From Chthoniobacteraceae bacterium (GTDB lineage Bacteria > Verrucomicrobiota > Verrucomicrobiia > Chthoniobacterales > Chthoniobacteraceae), in assembly GCA_040081625.1 (NCBI GenBank), contig JBEBGD010000006.1:1-64000 (forward strand): 64,000 bases of DNA, written 5' to 3'. Below the pieces are notes generated by a model, which was not told where the DNA came from, did no database searches, and worked only from the letters and a program-made list of their open reading frames with translations. Below are positions 1 to 8,571 of the stretch, piece after piece (position 1 is the stretch's first letter; the number at the start of each line of letters is the position of its first letter). The position numbers and the translations under genes are program-made.

Positions 1-149
1 TCGCTACGCGACGCGGCTGCGTTCTTCGCCCGAACCCGGCAGTGAACTGCCGGGCTATTCTCGCGTCGTCGCTCCGCGACTTCGAACCCCGCCTCCTCGC
101 GCTGTCGGGTAGGCACATCCTGCTTGCCGTCACGCGGTGGGCGGAGACG

Positions 150-2756
150 ATGCGCGCGCTTCGCATGAGCCGACTTCCTCGACACACCTCCGCGCTGACT
201 TTTGTGCTTTGCACGTTCGTTGTCGCCGCGCCGGGCATGGGTCAGGATGTGCGCCGCGCCTCCCCTGTCCCGGTCCCCCGGCAAAAGATCCGGGTGATCG
301 ATTCAGGAACCGACCCCGCAAATCTGACCGAACCGGAGCGTGCCCGGCAGAAGTTGATCGCCGGAGCCTACGAGGAGGTGCTTGCGAACGATGCGTCCGA
401 CGATGCGGCGTCGGTGCTCGTGCGCGCGGAGGCGCTCGAGGCGCTCGGGCGCTGGCCGGAGGCGAAGGCACTGGTGGCGAAGGCGCTCGGGCAATACTCA
501 AACGACATCGAGCTCAAGTTCGCGCTCTACCGTGCGACGCGGCAGACCGGTGCGGTCGATGAGGCGAAGCAACTGCTCGACGAACTCGACCGGCTCGCCG
601 GTTCGCGTGAGTGGGCCTACCGCGCTCCGTCGCAGCGCGTCGCGCTCGGGCGCATCGCGCTGCTCGTCGGCGCGGATCCGAAGAAGGTGCTCGATCTTTT
701 TTACGACCCGACCCGCAAGGAGCATCCCGACTTTCGCGGCGCGTGGCTCGCGGGCGGCGACCTCGCGCTGGCGAAGAACGACTTCGCCCTCGCCGCGCGG
801 ATGTTCGGCTCGGCGGTGAAGAAGTTCCCCGAGGACCCGGATGCGTGGTTCGGCCTCGCGCGGGCCTTCGCGCCGAGCGACACAAAGGAGTCGGTGACGG
901 CGCTCGGGCAGGCGCTTGAATTCAACCCGCGCCACGTCGGCGCGCACCTGCTTCTCGCCGAGCATCACATCGATGCCGAACGCTACACCGAGGCTGACGC
1001 AGCCATCGCGGAGGCGCTGAAGACAAACCCGCACTCGCCCGAGGCGCACGCGCTCCGGGCCGTGCTCGCGCATCTGCGCGGCGACGAAAAGGGCGAGGGC
1101 GACGCGCGGAAGGCGGCGCTCAAGCCGTGGCCGACGAACCCGGCGGTGCCGCACCTCATCGGCCGCAAGCTCTCGCAGAAATATCGCTTCTCGGAGGGCG
1201 CGGCCTTGCAGCGCGAGGCGCTGAAGGCCGACGCGGACTTCCTCGCCGCGAAGGCGCAGCTCGCGAACGACCTGCTCCGGCTCGGCGAGGACGACGAAGG
1301 CTGGAAGCTCGCCGAGGAAGTGCAGGCCGCCGATCCCTACGACGTGGTCGCTTACAATCTCGTGACCTTGCGCGACGCGATCAAAGGCTTCCGCGCGCTG
1401 GAGAGCGAAAACTTCATCGTCCGCATGAGCCCGCACGAGGCCGACGTGTATGGCGACCGCGTGCTCGCCTTGCTCGAGCGCGCGCAGGACACGCTCTCGA
1501 AAAAATACGGCCTCACGCTCCGGCAGAAAACCATCGTCGAGATCTTCGACGACCAGAAGGACTTCGCGATCCGCACCTTCGGCCTGCCGGGCGGCTCGGG
1601 CTATCTCGGCGTGTGCTTCGGGCGGGTCGTCACCATGAACAGCCCGGCGGCGCGCCCCGGCTCGACGGCGAGCTGGGAGGCGATCCTGTGGCACGAGTTC
1701 ACGCACGTCATCACGCTCACGCTCACGAAGAACAAAATGCCGCGGTGGCTGAGCGAAGGCATCAGCGTCTTCGAGGAGCGGCAGCAGCGCGGGAGCTGGG
1801 GCGAGCAGATGAAGCCGCGCTACCGCGCGATGATCCTCAACGACGAGGAGTTCACGCCCGTCTCGCGGCTCAGCGGCGCATTTATGCGCGCGAAGACGCC
1901 GGTGCATCTCGGCTTCGCCTACTACGAGTCGTCGCTCGTCGTGCAGTGGCTCATCGAGAAGTGGGGCATCGAGAAGATGAAGGCGCTGCTCGCCGAACTG
2001 GCGCGCGGCGTGGAGATCAATGCCGCGCTCGCAAAGCACTTCGCGCCGATCGACAAGCTTGACGACGAATTCGCCGACCACGCGCGCCGGCTCGCGAACG
2101 CCGTCGGCCCGAAGCTCGACTGGACCAAGCCGAAGCCGCGCGAGGTGAGCACGCCCGAGGCCGCCTCCAAGTTCCTCGCCGACAAACCCGCCAACTACGA
2201 CGCGATCATCACCTACGCCGATCACCTGCTCGACGCGAAGAAGTGGGCCGAGGCGAAGGAAACGCTGCTGAAACTCCTCGAACTCTACCCCGAGCAGCGC
2301 GACGCCGACGGCGCCTACGCGATGCTCGCCAAAGCCCAGCGCGAACTCGGCGAGATCGACGCGGAAATCGCCACGCTCACCAAACTCGCCGACCTCACCC
2401 CCGAGGCCACCGACGCCTTCGCCCGGCTCACGCAGATCTTCGCGGAGCGAAAGGACTGGCCGCGCGTGCTCGACTACTCCGCCCGCTTCCAGGCCGTGAA
2501 CCCGCTGCGTCCCGAGCCGCATCGCGCCGAGGCCGAGGCCCGCGAGGCGCTCGGGCAGGGCGCCGGCGCCATCGCCGCGTATCGCACCATGCTCCAGCTA
2601 GAGCCGCCCGATCCGCCGGAGATCCGATACCGCCTCGCGAAGCTGCTGCACGCCGCGCGCGATCCCTCCGCGAAACGCGAAGTGCTCCACGCCCTCGAGG
2701 AAGCCCCGCGCTTCCGCGCCGCGCACGAGCTGTTGCTGGAGATCACACGCCCATGA
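150..2756 (+). CDS. TPR-repeat protein with peptidase MA-like (gluzincin) domain, probably exported
   Basis: 904-aa ORF from 42; ATG at 150 or 165 more plausible, followed by a hydrophobic segment. Many TPR-like helices; HExxH motif 'WHEFTH' followed by 'PRWLSEG'. Stop overlaps the next ATG (ATGA). Confidence 0.8.
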   Translation: MRALRMSRLPRHTSALTFVLCTFVVAAPGMGQDVRRASPVPVPRQKIRVIDSGTDPANLTEPERARQKLIAGAYEEVLANDASDDAASVLVRAEALEALGRWPEAKALVAKALGQYSNDIELKFALYRATRQTGAVDEAKQLLDELDRLAGSREWAYRAPSQRVALGRIALLVGADPKKVLDLFYDPTRKEHPDFRGAWLAGGDLALAKNDFALAARMFGSAVKKFPEDPDAWFGLARAFAPSDTKESVTALGQALEFNPRHVGAHLLLAEHHIDAERYTEADAAIAEALKTNPHSPEAHALRAVLAHLRGDEKGEGDARKAALKPWPTNPAVPHLIGRKLSQKYRFSEGAALQREALKADADFLAAKAQLANDLLRLGEDDEGWKLAEEVQAADPYDVVAYNLVTLRDAIKGFRALESENFIVRMSPHEADVYGDRVLALLERAQDTLSKKYGLTLRQKTIVEIFDDQKDFAIRTFGLPGGSGYLGVCFGRVVTMNSPAARPGSTASWEAILWHEFTHVITLTLTKNKMPRWLSEGISVFEERQQRGSWGEQMKPRYRAMILNDEEFTPVSRLSGAFMRAKTPVHLGFAYYESSLVVQWLIEKWGIEKMKALLAELARGVEINAALAKHFAPIDKLDDEFADHARRLANAVGPKLDWTKPKPREVSTPEAASKFLADKPANYDAIITYADHLLDAKKWAEAKETLLKLLELYPEQRDADGAYAMLAKAQRELGEIDAEIATLTKLADLTPEATDAFARLTQIFAERKDWPRVLDYSARFQAVNPLRPEPHRAEAEAREALGQGAGAIAAYRTMLQLEPPDPPEIRYRLAKLLHAARDPSAKREVLHALEEAPRFRAAHELLLEITRP

Positions 2757-3604
2757 AGCTCCGCCTGCTCCTCATCGTCGCGCTTCTCGCCGCCGGGCTC
2801 GTCTTCGCCCAGCGCTCCTTCCGCTCCTCGGGCGGCGACCTCTCGAACCCGCGCAGCTTCCAGCACTCCGGCGACACGCCCGTGTGGACCAACCCGCCCG
2901 GCTTCGAAAAAGACGTCTTCACCTTCGTGCGCATCATCTACGGCAATGGTGGCCGCAGGTTCGGCCGCTTCGGCGGACGGCGCTGGACGACCGACTACCC
3001 CGACGCCGACCTGAACCTCGCCTGGCGCCTCCAGCAGATGACCTCGATGAAGGTCGATCCAAATGGCCGCTGCATGGAGATCACCGACCCGGAGCTCTTC
3101 CGCTATCCCTTTATATATATCGTCGAGCCCGGCGACCTCACCTTCTCCGACGAAGAGGTGCCCATCCTCCGACGTTACCTGCTCAATGGCGGCTTCGTCA
3201 TGATCGACGACTTCTGGGGCGAGGATGAATGGGACAACTTCGCCGGCGAAATGGAACGCGTCTTCCCCGACCGCCAGTTCGAGGACCTGCCGCGCTCGCA
3301 CCCGGTCTTCCACAGCGTCTTCGACCTGCCCGAAGACCTCAACCTCCAGTGCCCGAACGTCGGCCTCGGCACTTACAGTCAGGTCAATGGCGGCATCACC
3401 TGGGAACGCGAAGACGCGCAGGAGGTCCACATCCGCGGCATCAAGGACGACAAAGGCCGCCTCTGCGTCATCGCCTGCCACAACACCGACTACGGCGACG
3501 GCTGGGAGCGCGAGGGAGAGAACCATTACTACTTCAAGGAATTCTCCGAGAAAAAAGCCTATCCCCTCGGCATCAATATCATCTTCTACGCGATGACTCA
3601 CTAG
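2753..3604 (+). CDS. DUF4159 domain protein with signal peptide
   Basis: ATG at 2753 overlaps the upstream stop. Signal MKLRLLLIVALLAAG; motifs 'WTTDYPDAD', 'YPFIYIVEPG', 'LRRYLLNGGFVMIDDFWG', 'NTDYGDGWE', 'LGINIIFYAMTH'. Confidence 0.85.
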   Translation: MKLRLLLIVALLAAGLVFAQRSFRSSGGDLSNPRSFQHSGDTPVWTNPPGFEKDVFTFVRIIYGNGGRRFGRFGGRRWTTDYPDADLNLAWRLQQMTSMKVDPNGRCMEITDPELFRYPFIYIVEPGDLTFSDEEVPILRRYLLNGGFVMIDDFWGEDEWDNFAGEMERVFPDRQFEDLPRSHPVFHSVFDLPEDLNLQCPNVGLGTYSQVNGGITWEREDAQEVHIRGIKDDKGRLCVIACHNTDYGDGWEREGENHYYFKEFSEKKAYPLGINIIFYAMTH

Positions 3605-3766
3605 CGCGGCGCGCGGCAGGCGAGAATCGGCTTGCTCTTCCGCCCGCGACCTGACAATCCGCCCGGCCATGACTTCCATGCCGCGCATCGTCAGCAGCAG
3701 CGTTTGGAAAACGTGGCCGTCCACCGCAGCGGTGGCGGGCACCACCGGCATCGCGCCCTCCGCCTT

Positions 3767-5398
3767 ATGATAGACGCCCCCTCCACCGTTCCGCCCGCCT
3801 CGCCACTCGTCGTGCAAGTCGGCTTCGCCGGCTCGCGCATGCTCTTCGATCCCGCCGCGCATCCCGGCGTCGATGAAGCCGCCTTCCATCAGGAAGTCGA
3901 AGCCCACCTCGTCTCGCTGCTCCGGGATCTCCCGAAGACGCTCTGCCTCACCGAGCACCATTTCCCCTGCGGCATCTCGTCCGGCGCCATCGGCGCCGAC
4001 ACCATCTTCACGCGCGCTTGCAAACAACGCGGCATCGACCAGCGCATCTTCCTCCCCGAGCGGCGCGAAGCCTTCTTCGCCGCGATCGGCTCGGAAAACC
4101 TGCCCGACTTCACGCCCGCACAGGCGGCTCAAACCGGCGAAGTCCTCGACAGTCCGCACATCATCGAGGAACGCGTCGTGAGCATCTCGCGGCAGCGCAC
4201 GCAGCGGTTCGACGACGTGAACCTCGAGATCGTTCGTGTCAGCGATGTCTGCATCGCCATCCGGCGCGAGGGCGCGCAGGCGAAGCACGCCGGCACCGCC
4301 GACTTCATCGGGCGCGCCAGCGCCCGCAAAAAACTCGTCCACGAAATCATCGTCTCGGTGCGCGACGGCCACGCGCACTGCGAAGGCCGCTGGCTGGCGC
4401 CCGACGGCCAGACCGTGCAGCCCGGCCCGCCGCACTTCGCGCCGCCCGGCGTCCCGCCGATCCTTGGCGAGTTCAGCATCGACCCCGGAGCGCGCTACGC
4501 CGCGGAACTGATGCGCTTCACCAGCGACATCGCCGACAACCGGCAGAAATTCTTCAAGTCCGCCGCGCGCTGGATCATCGGCACGCACGTCACCGCCACC
4601 ATCCTCGCCGTCGCCGGCGTCGCGTTCCTCGACGGCGTCGAGTTCGTGCTGGCCGCGTTCCTCCTCGTCGAAGCGATCGTCCTCATCTACGGCTACCGCA
4701 CCCACCGACAGCTCCACCACGAGAACGCCCTCGAAAACTGGGCCACCGCGCGGCTCATCTGCGAGACCGCCCGCTCGGTGCTCAACGCCGGCCAGGTCCG
4801 CACCTACCTCCAGCACCTCTTCCTCCTGCCCTACCCCGAGCCCTTCCGCTCCGTCCTGCGCACACTCAATATCCACCACCTGCGCGAGACCCGCGACCTC
4901 GCCTCCGACACCTGGCCCCAGCGCCGCGCCGCCTACATCCGCGACCGCCTGCACCACGACCGCGAAGGCCAGATCCCCTACTACACGACCCAGCGTGATA
5001 AAGCCTGGCGCTGGCTCCGGCGCGCGCGCCGCTGCTTTGCCACCTTCAGCATCGGCGCCATCGTCGCCGTGGTTGCGAAGCTCGGGCTGGTCAGCATCTG
5101 TGCGCTTGCGACCTCATGGCACGTGCATGCGCCGGGCGCCGAGCACACCCTCGGCTTCCTCACCGTCGTCCTGCCGGTCCTCGCCGTCGCCGCGCTCTCC
5201 CTCGCCGCCTCCTTCGATCTCGAAGCCCGCTTCCTGACCTATTCGGAAATGGTCGTCGTGCTCGAGCAGCACCGCGACCACCTCTGCACCGCCGCCTCCG
5301 AGGGCGAATTCCACTCCCTCGCGCTGCGCACCGAAGCCCGGCTCGTCGGCGAGAACGTCAACTGGTTTTCCCGCCGCGTCTTCACCAAGGTCAGCTAG
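3767..5398 (+). CDS. SLOG-like domain fused to two SLATT/DUF4231-like 2TM effector modules
   Basis: N-terminal 'VGFAGSR...ISSGAIGADTIF...IFLP...RFDDVNLEIVRVSDVCIAI...AGTADFI' matches the SLOG (YspA/DprA-like) pattern. Two hydrophobic hairpins follow, with 'WATARLICETARS', 'YIRDRL...GQIPYY' and 'TEARLVGENVNW'. ATG 3767 chosen over TTG 3632. Confidence 0.7.
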   Translation: MIDAPSTVPPASPLVVQVGFAGSRMLFDPAAHPGVDEAAFHQEVEAHLVSLLRDLPKTLCLTEHHFPCGISSGAIGADTIFTRACKQRGIDQRIFLPERREAFFAAIGSENLPDFTPAQAAQTGEVLDSPHIIEERVVSISRQRTQRFDDVNLEIVRVSDVCIAIRREGAQAKHAGTADFIGRASARKKLVHEIIVSVRDGHAHCEGRWLAPDGQTVQPGPPHFAPPGVPPILGEFSIDPGARYAAELMRFTSDIADNRQKFFKSAARWIIGTHVTATILAVAGVAFLDGVEFVLAAFLLVEAIVLIYGYRTHRQLHHENALENWATARLICETARSVLNAGQVRTYLQHLFLLPYPEPFRSVLRTLNIHHLRETRDLASDTWPQRRAAYIRDRLHHDREGQIPYYTTQRDKAWRWLRRARRCFATFSIGAIVAVVAKLGLVSICALATSWHVHAPGAEHTLGFLTVVLPVLAVAALSLAASFDLEARFLTYSEMVVVLEQHRDHLCTAASEGEFHSLALRTEARLVGENVNWFSRRVFTKVS

Positions 5399-5413
5399 CG
5401 CCCGCCACCCCGC

Positions 5414-7077
5414 ATGTCTCCCAAGCCGGTCATCTTCCTCTCCGCCGTGAGTCGCGAATTCAAAAACGCACGCCAGCACGTAGCCGACGTGCTTGAGAGC
5501 TTCGGCATCGGCGTCGAAGTGCAGGAAATCTTCAACGCGCCAGCCGGCGACCTGCGCTCGGCCCTCCGCGAGAAGGTCGCCCGATGCCACGGCGTCATTC
5601 ACTTCCTCGGCCAGCAATACGGCTTCGAGCCGCCCACGCACGACGACCCGCTCGACCCGTGCAGCTACACGCAATACGAAGCCCGCTGCGCACTCAAGTG
5701 CGGCCTGCCCGTCTGGCTGCTCATCGTGGATGCGACCTACCCGCCCGACCACCCGAACACTCAGGGTCAGCGCGAGGCCGACCTCCAGCGCACCTGGCAT
5801 CACCGCATCCGCAGTTGCGGGCACGTCTATGACAGCATCGCCGACCTGAGGGACTTCGAGAACCGCGCGCTTCGCATCGCACACGAGATCAATAAGAGGT
5901 TCGGCGTGGCGCCCAATAATGGGGACGCCCTCGCGCAGATGAGCGCCAAGCTCGACCAAGCCCTCGCCCAGCTTCCCCAAGCCAAGGCCGACGCTGCGCA
6001 AGCCGCGCCGCAGGAAGACCCCGCGGCGATCGAGGTGCGCGCCTTCGAGACCTTGGAAAAAAAGCTCGGACTCAAGGCGGGTCTGCTCGCCGTCGAGCTG
6101 CCCAAGCTCGCGGAGAAGCTGCTCCGAAGCCCCGACACCAGCCACATCGAGCGAGCCCGCGCGCTCTACGCGGAGAACAAGTATGCCGCGCCGAGGCCGC
6201 CGCGCTGCATGCCAAAGCGGCCGCGCTCGCCGGTCCCGGCTTCTCGGCCAGCGACGCCCGCGAGGCGCTCGAACTCGCCGGCGACTGCGCGAAAGCCCAA
6301 TTCCATTACGCTCAAGCCATCGCCCACTTCCGCGCCGCCGCCGTTCTCACGGATCAAGAACGCGACCCGATGGAATGGGCGAAGACCCAGCACCGACTCG
6401 CAGATGTGCTCGACGATCACGGGCAGTATTCGGAAGCTGCGGATATTTTGCGGAGCGTCGTCACCGTCCGACAGAAAGCTCTTGGCCCGGAGCACCCGGC
6501 TACCTTGGGGAGCCGGAACAATCTGGCCATCGCCCTCTATGCCCAAGGCAAACACGCCGAGGCGGAGCAGGAGCATCGGGCGGTGCTGGCCCTCCGCGAG
6601 CGGGTGCTCGGCCCGGAGAACCCGGATCCCTTGTCGAGCCGGAACAATCTGGCCAACGCGCTGCGAGCCCAAGGCAAACACGCCGAGGCGGAGCAGGAGC
6701 ATCGGGCGGTGTTGGCCCTCCGCGAGCGGGTGCTCGGCGCGGAGCACCCGGATACCTTGGGGAGCCGGAACAATCTGGCCAGCGCGCTGGCTGCCCAAGG
6801 CAAACACGCCGAGGCGGAGCAGGAGCTTCGGGCGGTGCAGGCCATCCGCGAGCGGGTGCTCGGCCCGGAGCACCCGGATGTCTTCCGAAGCGGCTTCAAT
6901 CTCGCCCTCGTCCTCATAGAGCAGGCGAAACTCGAGGAGGCTCTGGCCTTCGCCCGGCGTGCCGAACGTGGGTGGCAGAAGGTTCTCGGCGCGGACCACC
7001 CGGATAGCAAAGACGCCAGGACACTTCGTGAGCAAATTGAGCCGGCGATCCAGAAACAAAAGCCGGGCCAACAGTGA
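5414..7077 (+). pseudogene. DUF4062 (TIR-like) + TPR-repeat protein, split by a 1-nt frameshift at ~6188-6190 (real lesion or sequencing error)
   Basis: N-terminus 'IFLSAVSREFKNARQHV...CHGVIHFLGQQYG...SYTQYEARCA' is DUF4062-like. After 'NKYA' the frame becomes low-complexity nonsense, while the frame from 6190 reads AEAAALHAKAAALAG...DQERDPMEW and continues into 42-aa 'LGPEHPDTL.SRNNLA' TPRs ending at 7077. The joined protein would be ~554 aa. Confidence 0.75.
6481..7010 (+). repeat. 126-bp coding tandem repeat (42-aa TPR units)
   Basis: Units start at 6481, 6607, 6733, 6859 and 6985 (CT[TC]GGC.CGGA..ACCCGG). Long stretches such as CCCAAGGCAAACACGCCGAGGCGGAGCAGGAGC are identical in three units. 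Confidence 0.9.
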
Positions 7078-7118
7078 AAACACGCGGACCACGCTCCCAT
7101 CCTCCAGGTGGATTGACT

Positions 7119-7250
7119 CTTGGTCCTGCTGGAACGCGGTTTGGTGTCAGAGGAATTGCCTTTGGTGCGACTGGAATCACCTTTGGTCCGGCTGGAATTG
7201 GCTTTGGTCTTGCTGTTTCTCGCTTTGGTCCGCCTGTTTTTGGTCTTGAT
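7119..7250. repeat. Degenerate 21-bp tandem repeat (TTTGGTnnnnCTGGAAnnnnC), about 6 units
   Basis: cttggtcctgctggaacgcgg / tttggtgtcagaggaattgcc / tttggtgcgactggaatcacc / tttggtccggctggaattggc / tttggtcttgctgtttctcgc / tttggtccgcctgtt / tttggtctt. Confidence 0.8.
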
Positions 7251-7302
7251 GTGGGTCGATTCCGGCCTTATCCGGGGCGCTGAAACTTCAACCTCTCGGT
7301 TT

Positions 7303-8277
7303 ATGCCCATCTCCGGTCCTTCCACTTATCCAGCCACTGTCCGCGAGTTCATCGAGCATTGGGGCGAGGTCGAGGAGGTCGTCGGCGCGGGCAATCTCAT
7401 GCTGCCGGAGGGCACCACTTTGCCCCAGCTCGAAAACTGGCGCGATTTGCTCGATGATTTGCGCGATGAGGTGACTGATGCCGGGGTCGATCGCACCGTG
7501 GCTCGCGAGGATCTCAATTCGAGCATCCTTTCGCTGCGCGCGCGGTTGATCGAGTTCAATGCGAGGGTGCGCTCGGATTTCGCGGGGAAGGCGTTTGCGC
7601 GTTCGCTCAATGAGGCGTTTGCCATCGGCGATGGGGAGGCGGGGGTGCGCCAGTCGCTCCGGGCCATGGAGCGTCTGTGGACGAAGATCAATGCGATGGC
7701 GTCGCCGCCGGTGGGGGTGACTCTGCCGATGACGTTGCTCGGCGGTTATACGCTGGCGGGGTTTGAGATGGCGCGCGAGGCGTTGCGGTCCGACTATGGG
7801 GCGCTCTCGGCTGTGGAGGTCGATTTGCGTGTCGCGCGCGAGGAGCGCAATGATATGCAGGACATCATTTATCCCGTGCTCAAGGCGTATCGGATGAAGG
7901 TGCCGGCGTCGCTGCCTGCGGGTCATGCGTTGATCGATAGTTTGCCGGCGCTGACGCCTTCGACCGAGGGGCACACGCCCGATGCGGTGACGGCGTCCGG
8001 CGTGTGGAATGCGGGCACGGGCAAGGCGGACCTGACGTGGACCGAGAGCACGGACTCGATGCTCGCGGAGTATCAGGTGCGGGGCGTGCCGGGGGAGGTG
8101 TATGATAGCGACGATGAGGTGGTGATCGCGACGGTGCCGGCGGGCGGGGCGAGGGCGTTCGCGACGGATTTCGCGCTGGGGTCGCCGGGGGCGGTGGCGA
8201 CTTTCAAGGTCTTCGTGGTGCTGACGATGGGCCGCGAGCGCGGGAGCGATGCGGTGGTGGTGTTGCGGCCGGGCTAA
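7303..8277 (+). CDS. Hypothetical protein: helical N-terminus plus C-terminal fibronectin type III-like domain
   Basis: ATG 7303 (MPISGPSTYPATVREFIEHW). The C-terminus 'GHTPDAVTASGVWNAGTGKADLTWTES...YQVRGV...FKVFVVL...ERGSDAVVV' has an FN3-like beta pattern. The ORF-track extension to 7120 is translated repeat. Confidence 0.7.
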   Translation: MPISGPSTYPATVREFIEHWGEVEEVVGAGNLMLPEGTTLPQLENWRDLLDDLRDEVTDAGVDRTVAREDLNSSILSLRARLIEFNARVRSDFAGKAFARSLNEAFAIGDGEAGVRQSLRAMERLWTKINAMASPPVGVTLPMTLLGGYTLAGFEMAREALRSDYGALSAVEVDLRVAREERNDMQDIIYPVLKAYRMKVPASLPAGHALIDSLPALTPSTEGHTPDAVTASGVWNAGTGKADLTWTESTDSMLAEYQVRGVPGEVYDSDDEVVIATVPAGGARAFATDFALGSPGAVATFKVFVVLTMGRERGSDAVVVLRPG

Positions 8278-8286
8278 CGCCGAATC

Positions 8287-8449
8287 GTTTGGCGTTTGAA
8301 GTTTGGCGTTTGGCGTTTGGTGTTAAGCCGCCCGCAGGGCCGGTGGCATCGCGGGGCGTCCTCGCGCGTTGGCGGCGTGTCGTCGCACCGCGACGGCGCC
8401 TGCGGCGGGCTAAACGCCAAACGCCAAACGCCAAACGCCAAACACCAAA
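8287..8449. repeat. Palindromic element with heptamer arms (GTTTGGC)n ... (GCCAAAC)n around a GC-rich hairpin core; MITE/REP-like
   Basis: Left arm GTTTGGC GTTTGAA GTTTGGC GTTTGGC GTTTGGT GTTAAGC (8287-8328); right arm GCTAAAC (GCCAAAC)x4 ACCAAA (8409-8449); inner CCGCAGG...CCTGCGG is complementary. Confidence 0.85.
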
Positions 8450-8571
8450 GGATGGATGGGTGCGTGGTGTGAGGAGGGGCGGTCGTGAGTGCGGGGAACT
8501 CCACTTTGCGGCGGGAGTTTTTGCGCGTGCCGTGTGGCGCGCCGCCGCTAAGGTCGCGATTCCTTTCCAGA

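Noticed and set aside
6182..6200. Programmed ribosomal frameshift or phase-variable tract
   Set aside because: No slippery heptamer, homopolymer or simple repeat at the junction.
6191..6919. C-terminal half of ORF 5414..6919 as real protein
   Set aside because: Out-of-frame reading of the TPR repeats after the frameshift.
7119..7250. 21-bp repeats as a CRISPR array
   Set aside because: Units are contiguous and degenerate with no 30-40 bp unique spacers, and no cas genes are in the window.
6500..7300. Replication origin at the GC-skew switch
   Set aside because: No dnaA, DnaA-box cluster or extended AT-rich unwinding element is visible, and the skew appears to decay within a few kb.
7120..7302. 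Leucine-rich N-terminal extension of the 385-aa ORF
   Set aside because: It is the translated 21-bp repeat; the protein more plausibly starts at ATG 7303.
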